IMG/VR virus record: IMGVR_UViG_2721755721_000001
DNA: 64,000 nt
Reading direction: 5' to 3' (one strand)
Source of the DNA: a virus
Lineage: Duplodnaviria; Heunggongvirae; Uroviricota; Caudoviricetes
The position numbers and the translations under genes are program-made. The notes under the pieces were generated by a model. The model did not search any database and had not been told where the DNA came from. It was given only the letters and a program-made list of their open reading frames with translations. This document shows, in pieces, positions 37,779 through 47,822 of this stretch (position 1 is the first letter of the stretch; every line of letters starts with the position of its first letter).

Positions 37779-38279
37779 GTGAACATAAACCGAATGCTTT
37801 CCGCGTTTATCGTTATTCTGCTGGTGGCCTGTGGTGCGCTGTGGATGGCAACAGACCATTACCGTGATAACGCGATTACCTACAAAGCGCAGCGCGATAA
37901 CAAAGCCAGTGAACTGAAGCTGGCGAACGCAACCATTACTGATATGCAGGTGCGCCAGCGCGATGTTGCTGCGCTCGATGCAAAATACTCGAGGGAATTA
38001 GCCGATGCGAGAGCTGAAAATGAAACTCTTCGCGCTGACGTTGCCGCTGGTCGTAAGCGCCTGCGGATCAACGCCACCTGTCCAGGCTCCGTGCGTGAAG
38101 CCCCCACCACCTCCGGCGTGGATAATGCAACCGGCCCCCGACTGGCAGACACCGCTGAACGGGATTATTTCATCCTCAGAGAACGGTTGATGACAATGCA
38201 GAAGCAGCTGGAAGGGGCGCAGGAATATATCCGCACTCAGTGCACTAAGCTGGCTTTTTATTATCCGGAGGATATATGA
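37779..38279 (+). CDS. Rz: Rz i-spanin, second copy (diverged N-terminus)
   Basis: 166 aa; C-terminal two thirds near-identical to copy 1, N-terminus differs. Confidence 0.75.
   Translation: MNINRMLSAFIVILLVACGALWMATDHYRDNAITYKAQRDNKASELKLANATITDMQVRQRDVAALDAKYSRELADARAENETLRADVAAGRKRLRINATCPGSVREAPTTSGVDNATGPRLADTAERDYFILRERLMTMQKQLEGAQEYIRTQCTKLAFYYPEDI
38020..38190 (+). CDS. Rz1: Rz1 o-spanin, second copy
   Basis: [15 protein letters not shown] lipoprotein signal, embedded in Rz copy 2. Confidence 0.7.
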   Translation: MKLFALTLPLVVSACGSTPPVQAPCVKPPPPPAWIMQPAPDWQTPLNGIISSSENG

Positions 38280-38500
38280 AGAAATTACTGGTAACCGTAA
38301 AGCCTTTTCAGGGAACAATTCTGTTCCGTATTTTGCAGCGTGGTCGTGTTCTTGTTGAAGGTTCGTTCAGTGGTAAATGTACGCAATTACACTCCCGGAC
38401 CTTTCAGGTGAATGCCACGAATGAAGAGCTAACCGTTGAGTGTACGATGAATGCCGCTAAATGCCGCATGGTATCCGCTGCATTACAGCCAGTGTGTTGA
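38276..38500 (+). CDS. hypothetical small Cys-containing protein, second copy
   Basis: homolog of 33193-33417 product. Confidence 0.45.
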   Translation: MKKLLVTVKPFQGTILFRILQRGRVLVEGSFSGKCTQLHSRTFQVNATNEELTVECTMNAAKCRMVSAALQPVC

Positions 38501-38823
38501 GCGACCTTATTATCCATGCGCGGTATTGTCGCCGTATTCCCGCATTAACAGAGACCGCAGCCCGACCGGGAGACTCCTCTTCGCGAGTGTGCGGGGATAA
38601 TCAAAAACGATACACACCGGGGTTTACCGCGTTAACGGAGCGCGGCGTTGCCCCTCATAGTCGCCTGTCCGGTGCGATGGTGGAAGAAGCCGGACGATGT
38701 GTTACCTCGCAAGCCCTGTTATGTGTCTGATTTGTGATTTAAGTCGGATAATTGTCGTTGCCATCAAGCAGAGGATTGATGACCGACAGGGTGGCATTGT
38801 TAGAATAAGACTTATTCTTATCT

Positions 38824-39165
38824 GTGCCGGGAATGAAAATGAAAAGAAATCTTCCGTTAATTATTTTGTTGTCTTCTCTGGTTATGGGCTGTACGCAACA
38901 TAAAACAGATATGCCCCGACAATTGGTGAAGGCATTACCACAATATCCGGCCTATGCAGCGGCAAATTATATAAAGGGACGGGTTGATGTGAAGTTTGAT
39001 ATTGGTGCTGATGGTACTGTCACCCGAATTGAGTTTATCCGTTCAGAGCCGCACCATCTGTTTGATGAGCAGGTTGTAAAGGCGATGGCAAAATGGCGAT
39101 TTGAGAAGGACAGGCCGCGTAAAGGCGTGAAGAAAACGTTTATCTTTAGTCCTTCTGCACCCTGA
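38824..39165 (+). CDS. lipoprotein consisting of a TonB C-terminal-like domain (in bor position)
   Basis: lipobox LVMGC; PQYPAYAAANYIKGRVDVKFDIGADGTVTRIEFIRSEPHHLFDEQVVKAMAKWRFE parallels the E. coli TonB C-terminal domain as recalled. Confidence 0.65.
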   Translation: MPGMKMKRNLPLIILLSSLVMGCTQHKTDMPRQLVKALPQYPAYAAANYIKGRVDVKFDIGADGTVTRIEFIRSEPHHLFDEQVVKAMAKWRFEKDRPRKGVKKTFIFSPSAP

Positions 39166-39296
39166 TTATTTCATCAGAAATTAATTATCACTCTGTTGTT
39201 ATTCTGTACATCCCGGCTGGGTAAGTCTTGTTCCGCCGGGTATGAAGATGAAATATTGTTGGAGGACAGTGGGTACCTGCTCCTGTAACCGAACGT

Positions 39297-39497
39297 TCAT
39301 TTCTCGTTATTTGTCATGCTGGCCGTACGCAGATGCGTTGCATCTGTTGCCAGCCTTCTCCTGCAGGCTTCAATAACCCACGCTGAAAAGTTACCGGACC
39401 CTTTATGCTCAAGGGCGATGTTGATCTGTTCAATCATCTGGTTTGGAAATCGGATGTTGCGGGTTGTTGTTCTGCGGGGCCGGTTTTTCGATGACAT
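39297..39497 (-). CDS. YlcI/DUF3950-like small RHH-type protein
   Basis: 66 aa, RNIRFPNQMIEQINIALEHKGSGNFSAWVIEACRRRL; same relative position as ylcI in DLP12 as recalled. Confidence 0.45.
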   Translation of the reverse strand: MSSKNRPRRTTTRNIRFPNQMIEQINIALEHKGSGNFSAWVIEACRRRLATDATHLRTASMTNNEK

Positions 39498-39538
39498 TTT
39501 CTTTCCTCTGGTGACAAGCTATATGGCGAGGATTTTAC

Positions 39539-39904
39539 ATGGCTGTGCTTCGTACGTTACCGGGCAGAATCAAAACTCTGAACACCCGGCGGGTGAATGT
39601 CCTGAAGGGTGAACAGCGTCGTGTCAGTGGCAGTGCACGTGTTTCCCTCAAGCGTCATATCTGGCTCAGGGATGCCGGGCAGTGCTGTCTCTGTGGTCGT
39701 GTGGTTGACCTCTGTGACAGTGAACTCGATCACCGAATTGCACTTCAGTTCGGTGGTGGTAATGAGGAGACGAATCTCTGGACGCTCTGTACCGAATGCC
39801 ATCGACAAAAGTCTGCTCGTGAAGCGGCGGGTGGTATGCCGGACCCGACGCTGCCGGAGGTGTCCGGAGGTCATGGCAGGGCAGACGATATCATCGGACT
39901 GTGA
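39539..39904 (+). CDS. HNH endonuclease (packaging-associated)
   Basis: CCLCGRV...DHRIALQFGG...NLWTLCTECH HNH motif; immediately upstream of terminase genes. Confidence 0.8.
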   Translation: MAVLRTLPGRIKTLNTRRVNVLKGEQRRVSGSARVSLKRHIWLRDAGQCCLCGRVVDLCDSELDHRIALQFGGGNEETNLWTLCTECHRQKSAREAAGGMPDPTLPEVSGGHGRADDIIGL

Positions 39905-40007
39905 CCCGCCCCGGGGGGGGGATCATCCGGCGAAAAAAACGATCGCTCCGGACACCGCCCCCCCTCTCATGCAGAGAAAAAATTCCTGTTTCAGGGCAGT
40001 TAACATG

Positions 40008-40124
40008 TTAACTGGCTGCCCGGGCATTTTTGCGGTTTTTATCTTTATTATTCAGTTTGTTGTGCGAAAAAAATGTTAACTGGCTTTTTCAGCAAATGTT
40101 AACCAAGCAGCAGTTAACATTTGC
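40008..40124. repeat. GTTAAC-containing palindromes/repeats between HNH and terS (candidate cos/terminase recognition or regulatory site)
   Basis: 14-bp palindrome GTTAACATGTTAAC (40008-40021); ATGTTAACTGGCT twice (40014, 40073); 12-bp-arm inverted repeat GCAAATGTTAAC-9bp-GTTAACATTTGC (40092-40124); G9 tract at 39913-39921. Confidence 0.45.
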
Positions 40125-40194
40125 GGCATGAGACGCCGGGAAAAATGGGCTGAACCATACCCGGCTGAGTGCGTTCTGGACCCGGGAGGAGGCT

Positions 40195-40758
40195 GTGCTG
40201 ACAACGCAAAAACGAAAATTTGCGCTGGCGCTCATGTCCGGGAAAAACAAAACAGCGTCAGCCATTGCCGCCGGTTATTCGGCGAAGACCGCCAGGGTTA
40301 AAGGCTCGCAGCTGGCAAAAGATCCGGAGGTGCTCGCGTTTATAGCCCGTAAACAGTGCGAGACGGTGGAGGTGGATGAGGTTCCTGTTTACCGGCAGAA
40401 AAAATCAGAGCAGGAGGATAAACCCCGTCGCCGTGAGGTGGCTGCAATACCACAGCCGGACGAAAACAATCCGGAGATGCCACCGTCCGCGGTGATGTCT
40501 CCTGGTATTGAATATATGGAGGATGGTCTTCCCGATCCGGTGAAAGCCATGGGGCGGATCCTGGTGGAAAACCTCTGCATTGATCCGAAACTGGCACTGG
40601 ATGCGGCCTGGCGTCTGGCGCAGTTCACGCACCATAAAAAAGGCGATGCCGGTAAAAAATCGGCAAAAGGTGATGCCGCGAAAAAAGCGGCTAACCGTTT
40701 TGCGGTGCCACCACCTCCCCGGCTGGTGGTGAATAACCAGAATGAGGAAAGCGGATGA
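40195..40758 (+). CDS. terminase small subunit
   Basis: 187-aa ORF directly upstream of and overlapping terminase large subunit. Confidence 0.65.
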   Translation: MLTTQKRKFALALMSGKNKTASAIAAGYSAKTARVKGSQLAKDPEVLAFIARKQCETVEVDEVPVYRQKKSEQEDKPRRREVAAIPQPDENNPEMPPSAVMSPGIEYMEDGLPDPVKAMGRILVENLCIDPKLALDAAWRLAQFTHHKKGDAGKKSAKGDAAKKAANRFAVPPPPRLVVNNQNEESG

Positions 40759-42416
40759 TACCTGTATGGAGCACGGCATGTCCGGACTGGGCAGAGCGCC
40801 TGCAAAAGGGACTGTCGATTATTCCGGCTCCGATTTATCCGGACCAGGCTGCACATGCCCTGGCGATTTTTAAACAACTGCGGATTGTGGATGCACCGGG
40901 TAGCCCGACGTTCGGGGAGTCCTGCGCACCGTGGGTGTTTGACCTGGTGGCGGCCCTGTTTGGCTCCTATGATGCGCAGACCGGTGTACGCCATATCAAG
41001 GAAGTGTTTATCCTTATCCCCAAGAAAAACAGTAAGTCCACGCTGGCCGCGGGGATCATGATGACGGCGCTGTTACTGAACTGGCGGCAGGCGGCGGGCT
41101 ACACCATTCTGGCCCCGACCGTGGAGGTGGCGGCCAACGCCTTCAACCCTGCCAGGGATATGGTGCGACGGGACGATGATCTGGATGACCTCTGTCAGGT
41201 GCAGACACATATCCGGACCATCACCCATCGGGTGACGGACACCACCCTGAAGGTGGTGGCAGCCGATCCGAATACGGTGTCCGGTATCAAGTCCGTGGGG
41301 ACACTGATTGATGAACTGTGGCTGTTTGGCAAGCAGTACAAAGCGGAAGACATGCTACGTGAAGCCATCGGCGGGCTTGCCTCCCGTCCGGAAGGATTTG
41401 TGGTGTACACAACCACCCAGTCGAATGAGCCGCCAGCCGGGGTGTTCAGACAGAAACTGCAGTACGCCCGGGATGTCCGTGACGGCAAAATTCATGATCC
41501 GCACTTTCTGCCGGTGATATTTGAACACCCTCCTGAAATGGTGGAAAGCGGGGCTCACCTGCTGATGGAAAACCTCGCCATGGTTAACCCGAATCTCGGT
41601 TATTCGGTGGATGAGGCTTTTCTGTACCGGGAGTACCGTAAAGCCCGGGAGGCTGGTGAGGAAGCATTTCGTGGCTTCATGTCAAAACACGCCAATGTGG
41701 AAATCGGTCTTGCCCTGCGTTCTGACCGCTGGGCGGGCGCGGATTTCTGGGAGCAGCAGGGCAGGCGCGTCAGCCTGGACGATATCCTGCAGCGCGCTGA
41801 TGTGGTGACGGTGGGGATTGACGGCGGGGGCCTGGATGATCTGCTGGGAATGTACGTGACTGGCCGTGACAGGGAAACCCGCGAATGGCTGGGCTGGGGC
41901 CATGCCTGGGTGCATGAAACCGCGGTGGTCAGACGGAAGAGTGAGGCATCCCGGTTTCAGGATTTTGTGGCCTGTGGAGACATGACGATTGTCCGTCGGG
42001 TCGGGGATGACACGGCGGAAGTGGCGGAGTATGTGCGTCGTATTCATGAGGCTGAGTTACTGGACCATATCGGTATTGACCCGTCAGGGGTGGGGCAGAT
42101 TCTGGATTCACTGGCGGAAGCCGGGATCCCCGATGAGAGTGTGGTGGGGATAAGCCAGGGCTGGAAGCTGGGCGGGGCCATCAAAACCACCGAGCGCAAA
42201 CTGGCTGAAGGGGTGCTGATTCACGGTGATCAGCCCCTGATGGCCTGGTGTGTCGGTAATGCCCGGGTGGAGCCTAAAGGTAACGCCATTCTTATCACCA
42301 AACAGGCCAGCGGACGGGGAAAAATTGACCCGCTGATGGCGCTCTTCAATGCGGTGTCCCTGATGTCCCTTAACCCGGAACCGAAAAAGAAAGCGTATGA
42401 GGTTTTTTTCATATAA
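40755..42416 (+). CDS. terminase large subunit
   Basis: 553 aa; typical size and position; ATPase/nuclease-type acidic motifs. Confidence 0.8.
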   Translation: MIPVWSTACPDWAERLQKGLSIIPAPIYPDQAAHALAIFKQLRIVDAPGSPTFGESCAPWVFDLVAALFGSYDAQTGVRHIKEVFILIPKKNSKSTLAAGIMMTALLLNWRQAAGYTILAPTVEVAANAFNPARDMVRRDDDLDDLCQVQTHIRTITHRVTDTTLKVVAADPNTVSGIKSVGTLIDELWLFGKQYKAEDMLREAIGGLASRPEGFVVYTTTQSNEPPAGVFRQKLQYARDVRDGKIHDPHFLPVIFEHPPEMVESGAHLLMENLAMVNPNLGYSVDEAFLYREYRKAREAGEEAFRGFMSKHANVEIGLALRSDRWAGADFWEQQGRRVSLDDILQRADVVTVGIDGGGLDDLLGMYVTGRDRETREWLGWGHAWVHETAVVRRKSEASRFQDFVACGDMTIVRRVGDDTAEVAEYVRRIHEAELLDHIGIDPSGVGQILDSLAEAGIPDESVVGISQGWKLGGAIKTTERKLAEGVLIHGDQPLMAWCVGNARVEPKGNAILITKQASGRGKIDPLMALFNAVSLMSLNPEPKKKAYEVFFI

Positions 42417-42479
42417 CCCTGCTCACCCTGTAACCATCATGAACCGCTGCGGCGGTTTTTTTATTTTCAGGAGGCTGAT

Positions 42480-42960
42480 GTGACTCTTAAACGGGCCTGT
42501 TCCCTGCTGACGGTGAAATCCTTCAGTGAGGATGAGCGGGTGATCACCGGGATTGCGTCAACGCCTTCTCCGGATCGGGATGGTGACATCCTGGAGCCGG
42601 AGGGCGCGGAGTTTGGCAGTGCGATCCCGTTTCTCTGGCAGCATGACCATTCCCGCCCGGTGGGGCAGTGTACGGTGCGCCGGGTCAGCGAAGGGCTGGA
42701 AATCACGGCAACACTGGCGAAGCCCGTGCCGGATATGCCATCGCAACTGGTTGCCCGGCTGGATGAGGCCTGGGCGGCCATTAAGACCGGGCTGGTCAGG
42801 GGGCTTTCCGTGGGCTTCCGTCCCCATGAATACACCTTTCTGGACGGAGGCGGACTGCATTTTCTGCGCTGGGAACTGATGGAGGTGTCTGCCGTCACCG
42901 TGCCCGCGAATGCGGAATGCACCATCCGGACCATTAAATCTTACGACCGCCCGTTTTCTG
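42480..42960 (+). pseudogene. prohead protease N-terminal fragment truncated at tandem-duplication junction
   Basis: identical start to the 44309 ORF, diverges after 42959 where sequence re-enters terminase (copy of 41136 onward). Confidence 0.7.
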
Positions 42961-44245
42961 CACTAACGCCTTCAACCCTGCCAGGGATATGGTACGACGG
43001 GACGATGATCTGGATGACCTCTGTCAGGTGCAGACACATATCCGGACCATCACCCATCGGGTGACGGACACCACCCTGAAGGTGGTGGCAGCCGATCCGA
43101 ATACGGTGTCCGGTATCAAGTCCGTGGGGACACTGATTGATGAACTGTGGCTGTTTGGCAAGCAGTACAAAGCGGAAGACATGCTACGTGAAGCCATCGG
43201 CGGGCTTGCCTCCCGTCCGGAAGGATTTGTGGTGTACACAACCACCCAGTCGAATGAACCGCCTGCCGGGGTGTTCAGACAGAAACTGCAGTACGCCCGG
43301 GATGTCCGTGACGGCAAAATTCATGATCCGCACTTTCTGCCGGTGATATTTGAACACCCTCCTGAAATGGTGGAAAGCGGGGCTCACCTGCTGATGGAAA
43401 ACCTCGCCATGGTCAATCCGAATCTCGGTTATTCGGTGGATGAGGCTTTTCTGTACCGGGAGTACCGTAAAGCCCGGGAGGCTGGTGAGGAAGCATTTCG
43501 TGGCTTCATGTCAAAACACGCCAATGTGGAAATCGGTCTTGCCCTGCGTTCTGACCGCTGGGCGGGCGCGGATTTCTGGGAGCAGCAGGGCCGTTGTATC
43601 AGCCTGGACGATATCCTGCGTCGTGCTGATGTGGTGACGGTGGGGATTGACGGCGGAGGGCTGGATGATCTGCTGGGAATGTACGTGATTGGGCGTGACC
43701 GGGAGACCCGCGAATGGCTGGGCTGGGGCCATGCCTGGGCGCATGAAACCGCGGTGGTCCGACGGAAGAGCGAGGCGTCCCGGTTTCAGGATCTTGTTGC
43801 CTGTGGAGATATGACCATTGTCCGGCGTGTCGGGGATGACACGGCGGAAGTGGCGGAATATGTGCGTCGCATTCATGAGGCTGAGTTACTGGACCATATC
43901 GGTATTGACCCGTCAGGGGTGGGGCAGATTCTGGATTCACTGGCGGAAGCCGGGATCCCCGACGGAATTGTGGTGGGGATAAGCCAGGGCTGGAAACTGG
44001 GCGGGGCCATCAAAACCACCGAGCGCAAACTGGCTGAAGGGGTGCTGATTCACGGTGATCAGCCCCTGATGGCCTGGTGTGTCGGTAATGCCCGGGTGGA
44101 GCCTAAAGGTAACGCCATTCTTATCACCAAACAGGCCAGCGGACGGGGAAAAATTGACCCGCTGATGGCGCTCTTCAATGCGGTGTCCCTGATGTCCCTG
44201 AATCCGGAACCGAAAAAGAAAGCGTATGAGGTTTTTTTCATATAA
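42961..44245 (+). pseudogene. duplicated 3' two thirds of terminase large subunit gene
   Basis: 42966-44245 aligns with 41136-42416 at about 97-98 percent identity; lacks N-terminal third. Confidence 0.7.
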
Positions 44246-44308
44246 CCCTGCTCACCCTGTAACCATCATGAACCGCTGCGGCGGTTTTTTTATTTTCAGG
44301 AGGCTGAT

Positions 44309-46246
44309 GTGACTCTTAAACGGGCCTGTTCCCTGCTGACGGTGAAATCCTTCAGTGAGGATGAACGGGTGATCACCGGGATTGCGTCAACGCCTTCTCC
44401 GGATCGGGATGGTGACATCCTGGAGCCGGAGGGGGCTGAGTTTGGCAGTACGATCCCGTTTCTCTGGCAGCATGACCATTCCCGCCCTGTAGGACAGTGT
44501 ACGGTGCGTCGGGTCAGGGAAGGGCTGGAAATCACGGCAATGCTGGTGAAGCCGGAGCCGGGGATGCCCTCCCAGATGGCAGCCCGGCTGGATGAGGCCT
44601 GGGCTGCCATTAAGACCGGGCTGGTCAGGGGGCTTTCTGTGGGCTTCCGGCCCCATGAATACACTTATCTGGACGGAGGCGGACTGCATTTTCTGCGCTG
44701 GGAGCTGATGGAGGTGTCTGCCGTCACCGTGCCCGCGAATGCGGAATGCACCATCCGGACCATTAAATATTTCGACCGCCCGTTTTCTGCCGCGTCCGGC
44801 AACCGGAAACCGGTGGTGAAAATCGCATCTTCTGCCGGCGCTGCGGCACAGTCAATAACCTCTTTTCATAAGGAAAAGTCAGCAATGAATACTGGTGAAC
44901 AGATTAAAAGTTTTGAAAACAAGCGTGCGGCGCTGGCAGCCTCCCTTGAGGAGATCATGAACAAAGCCGCAGAGGAAGGCCGCACACTGGATGTGGAAGA
45001 GGAAGAGCACTACGACAACACCGCAGCGGAAATCCGTCAGGTGGATGCGCACCTGAAGCGTCTGCGTGAACTGGAAACCAGTAAGGCCGCCACGGCACAG
45101 CCGGTGAAACAGGCCGGTAACGGGAATGTGGCCACGGTGGCTTCAGCGCCGGTGATCCGTGTTGAGCAGAAACTGGAGAAGGGGATTGGTTTCGCCCGCT
45201 TTGCCAAATCACTGGCCGCGGCTAAAGGTGTCCGCTCTGAAGCCCTGGAAGTGGCCCGTCGTCAGTATCCGGATGACAGCCGTCTGCATCATGTCCTGAA
45301 ATCGGCGGTGGGGGCAGGGACCACCACGGACCCACAGTGGGCAGGCAGCCTGTCTGAATATCAGGAATATGCGCAGGACTTTATTGATTACCTGCGTCCG
45401 CAGACCATTATCGGGCGATTTGGTCAGGGCGGGATCCCTGCACTTCGTCAGGTGCCGTTCAATATCCGCGTGCATGCCCAGGTGTCCGGCGGTGCTGCCA
45501 GCTGGGTGGGGGAGGGTAAGGCCAGACCCCTGACGAAGTTTGATTTTGAGTCCATCACCTTCAGTCATGCGAAGGTGTCGGCCATTGCGGTACTGACGGA
45601 AGAGCTGATCCGTTTTTCCAGTCCGGCAGCTGATGCGCTGGTCCGTAATGCGCTGGCAGAAGCGGTGGTGGCGCGTCTGGACACAGACTTTGTGGACCCG
45701 AAAAAAGCCGCAGTGGCAGATGTCTCCCCGGCGTCCATCACCCATGATGTGAAGGGCACGGCATCAACCGGTAACCCGGATGCGGATGCCGAGGCGGCGT
45801 TTGGCCAGTTTGTGGCAGCAAACCTGCAGCCCACCGGTGCGGTCTGGCTGATGTCCAGCACCAATGCCCTGGCACTGTCCATGCGTAAAAATGCGCTGGG
45901 TCAGAAGGAATACCCGGACATGACCCTGCTGGGTGGCTCCTTCCAGGGGCTGCCGGTGATTGTCTCCCAGTACGTGGGTGACCAGCTGGTGCTGGTGAAT
46001 GCCCCGGATATTTATCTGGCGGATGACGGCGGTGTGGCAGTGGATATGTCCCGTGAAGCGTCACTGGAAATGCAGTCTGAGCCGGGCGGCGACAGCACCA
46101 CACCGTCGCCGGTGGAGCTGGTTTCCATGTTCCAGACCGGCAGCGTGGCCATCCGTGCGGAGCGCTGGATCAACTGGCGTCGTCGCCGTACTGCGGCGGT
46201 GGCTGTGATCACCGGTGTGAACTACGGCAGTGCGTCCGGCGGCTGA
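44309..46246 (+). CDS. prohead protease - major capsid protein fusion (HK97-like)
   Basis: 645 aa; N-terminal protease-like region followed by capsid-like domain. Confidence 0.7.
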   Translation: MTLKRACSLLTVKSFSEDERVITGIASTPSPDRDGDILEPEGAEFGSTIPFLWQHDHSRPVGQCTVRRVREGLEITAMLVKPEPGMPSQMAARLDEAWAAIKTGLVRGLSVGFRPHEYTYLDGGGLHFLRWELMEVSAVTVPANAECTIRTIKYFDRPFSAASGNRKPVVKIASSAGAAAQSITSFHKEKSAMNTGEQIKSFENKRAALAASLEEIMNKAAEEGRTLDVEEEEHYDNTAAEIRQVDAHLKRLRELETSKAATAQPVKQAGNGNVATVASAPVIRVEQKLEKGIGFARFAKSLAAAKGVRSEALEVARRQYPDDSRLHHVLKSAVGAGTTTDPQWAGSLSEYQEYAQDFIDYLRPQTIIGRFGQGGIPALRQVPFNIRVHAQVSGGAASWVGEGKARPLTKFDFESITFSHAKVSAIAVLTEELIRFSSPAADALVRNALAEAVVARLDTDFVDPKKAAVADVSPASITHDVKGTASTGNPDADAEAAFGQFVAANLQPTGAVWLMSSTNALALSMRKNALGQKEYPDMTLLGGSFQGLPVIVSQYVGDQLVLVNAPDIYLADDGGVAVDMSREASLEMQSEPGGDSTTPSPVELVSMFQTGSVAIRAERWINWRRRRTAAVAVITGVNYGSASGG

Positions 46247-46290
46247 GTCTGATGAGGAGGGCGGGAGGTAAGAGCGTCCCGCAGTAACTG

Positions 46291-46512
46291 ATGGCAAAAA
46301 TCCGATATCTGCAGGGTACACATGATGCCCGGCCCGGGGATATCCGGGATGTCGCACAGCCGTGTGCGGAGGTGCTGGTTCGCCTGAGGAAGGCGGAGTA
46401 CATCACAGTGCGACGTCCGGCAGGTCAGAAAAAGAAACGTGATGCGGAGCATGGCGAATGTGGAACCTTTTGCGGCGAACCCGAAAAAACCAGAAATCAG
46501 GACGTGACGTAA
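46291..46512 (+). CDS. hypothetical small protein
   Basis: ORF between capsid and portal genes; overlaps portal ORF start. Confidence 0.3.
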   Translation: MAKIRYLQGTHDARPGDIRDVAQPCAEVLVRLRKAEYITVRRPAGQKKKRDAEHGECGTFCGEPEKTRNQDVT

Positions 46513-47822
46513 GAGAAGTGGGCTGGCGGTCCCTGTTTCAGGCGGTGGCTGAGCCTTTTGCCGGTGCCTGGCAGCAGGGTGTGAAAGCCGATCCGGAAAC
46601 CGTTTTGTCCTTTCACGCGGTGTTTTCATGCATTTCGCTGATATCCCAGGATATTGCCAAAATGCGGCTTCGCCTGATGCAGACTGATGTACAGGGAATA
46701 CGCCGGGAAAAGCGGCAGGGAGATACTGCCCGTCTCTGTCGTCGTCCTAATGCACAGCAGAATCGCATCCAGTTTTTTGAACTGTGGCTGAATTCCAAAT
46801 TGCGTCACGGCAATACGGTGGTGCTGAAAATCCGCAACCACCGGGGGCAGATCAAAGAACTGCGTATTCTGGACTGGAGCCGGGTTGAACCTCTGGTGGC
46901 GGATGACGGCGACGTGTTCTACCGCATCACGCCGGACCGGAACTGTGGGATCACGGAGGCGGTGACGGTGCCTGCCCGGGAGGTGATCCACGACCGTTTT
47001 AACTGTTTTTTTCATCCGCTTGTGGGGCTGCCGCCGGTGTATGCCGCAGGACTGGCCGCCATGCAGGGGCATCATATTCAGGCAAATTCGACGTATTTTT
47101 TCAGAAATGGCGGGCGACCATCAGGCGTGATTGAGGTCCCCGGCAGTATTACGGAAGAAAACGCGAAAAAACTGAAGGGGAACTGGGACAGCGGATATAC
47201 GGGCGAAAATGCGGGGAAAACGGCCATACTGAGCAACGGGGCAAAATACAGCCCTACGACGTTTTCACCGGTGGATGCGCAGACGGTGGAACAACTGAAA
47301 ATGACGGCTGAAATTGTCTGTTCGGTGTTCCGTGTCCCGGCCTACAAGATTGGCGTTGGCCACCCGCCTTCCAGTGACAACGTGGAGGCGCTGGAGCAGC
47401 AGTATTATTCCCAGTGTCTGCAGACGCTGATTGAGTCCATTGAGCTGTTACTGGATGAGGCGCTGGAAACGGGGGAAAACGAGAGCACGGAGTTTGACGT
47501 CACCACGCTGCTGAGAATGGACAGCGAACGGCGCATGAAAACACTGGGTGAATCGGTGAAAAATACGCTTCTCACGCCCAATGAGGCCCGTAAACGTGAG
47601 AACCTGCCGCCCCTTGCGGGAGGTGATGCACTGTATCTTCAGCAGCAGAACTACAGTCTGGAGGCGCTGTCCCGTCGTGATGCCCGTGAAGATCCGTTTG
47701 CGTCGTCCGGGAAAAGAGTTTCAGCCCAACTGCCTGACGGCGCATCTGACGGTAATAAGGCAATCAGTGAAACAGAGCATGGTGCGTTGAAAGCGATGTT
47801 GAGGGGGATACTGCGAAAATGA
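46458..47822 (+). CDS. portal protein
   Basis: 454 aa, size and position; start uncertain. Confidence 0.65.
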   Translation: MWNLLRRTRKNQKSGRDVREVGWRSLFQAVAEPFAGAWQQGVKADPETVLSFHAVFSCISLISQDIAKMRLRLMQTDVQGIRREKRQGDTARLCRRPNAQQNRIQFFELWLNSKLRHGNTVVLKIRNHRGQIKELRILDWSRVEPLVADDGDVFYRITPDRNCGITEAVTVPAREVIHDRFNCFFHPLVGLPPVYAAGLAAMQGHHIQANSTYFFRNGGRPSGVIEVPGSITEENAKKLKGNWDSGYTGENAGKTAILSNGAKYSPTTFSPVDAQTVEQLKMTAEIVCSVFRVPAYKIGVGHPPSSDNVEALEQQYYSQCLQTLIESIELLLDEALETGENESTEFDVTTLLRMDSERRMKTLGESVKNTLLTPNEARKRENLPPLAGGDALYLQQQNYSLEALSRRDAREDPFASSGKRVSAQLPDGASDGNKAISETEHGALKAMLRGILRK

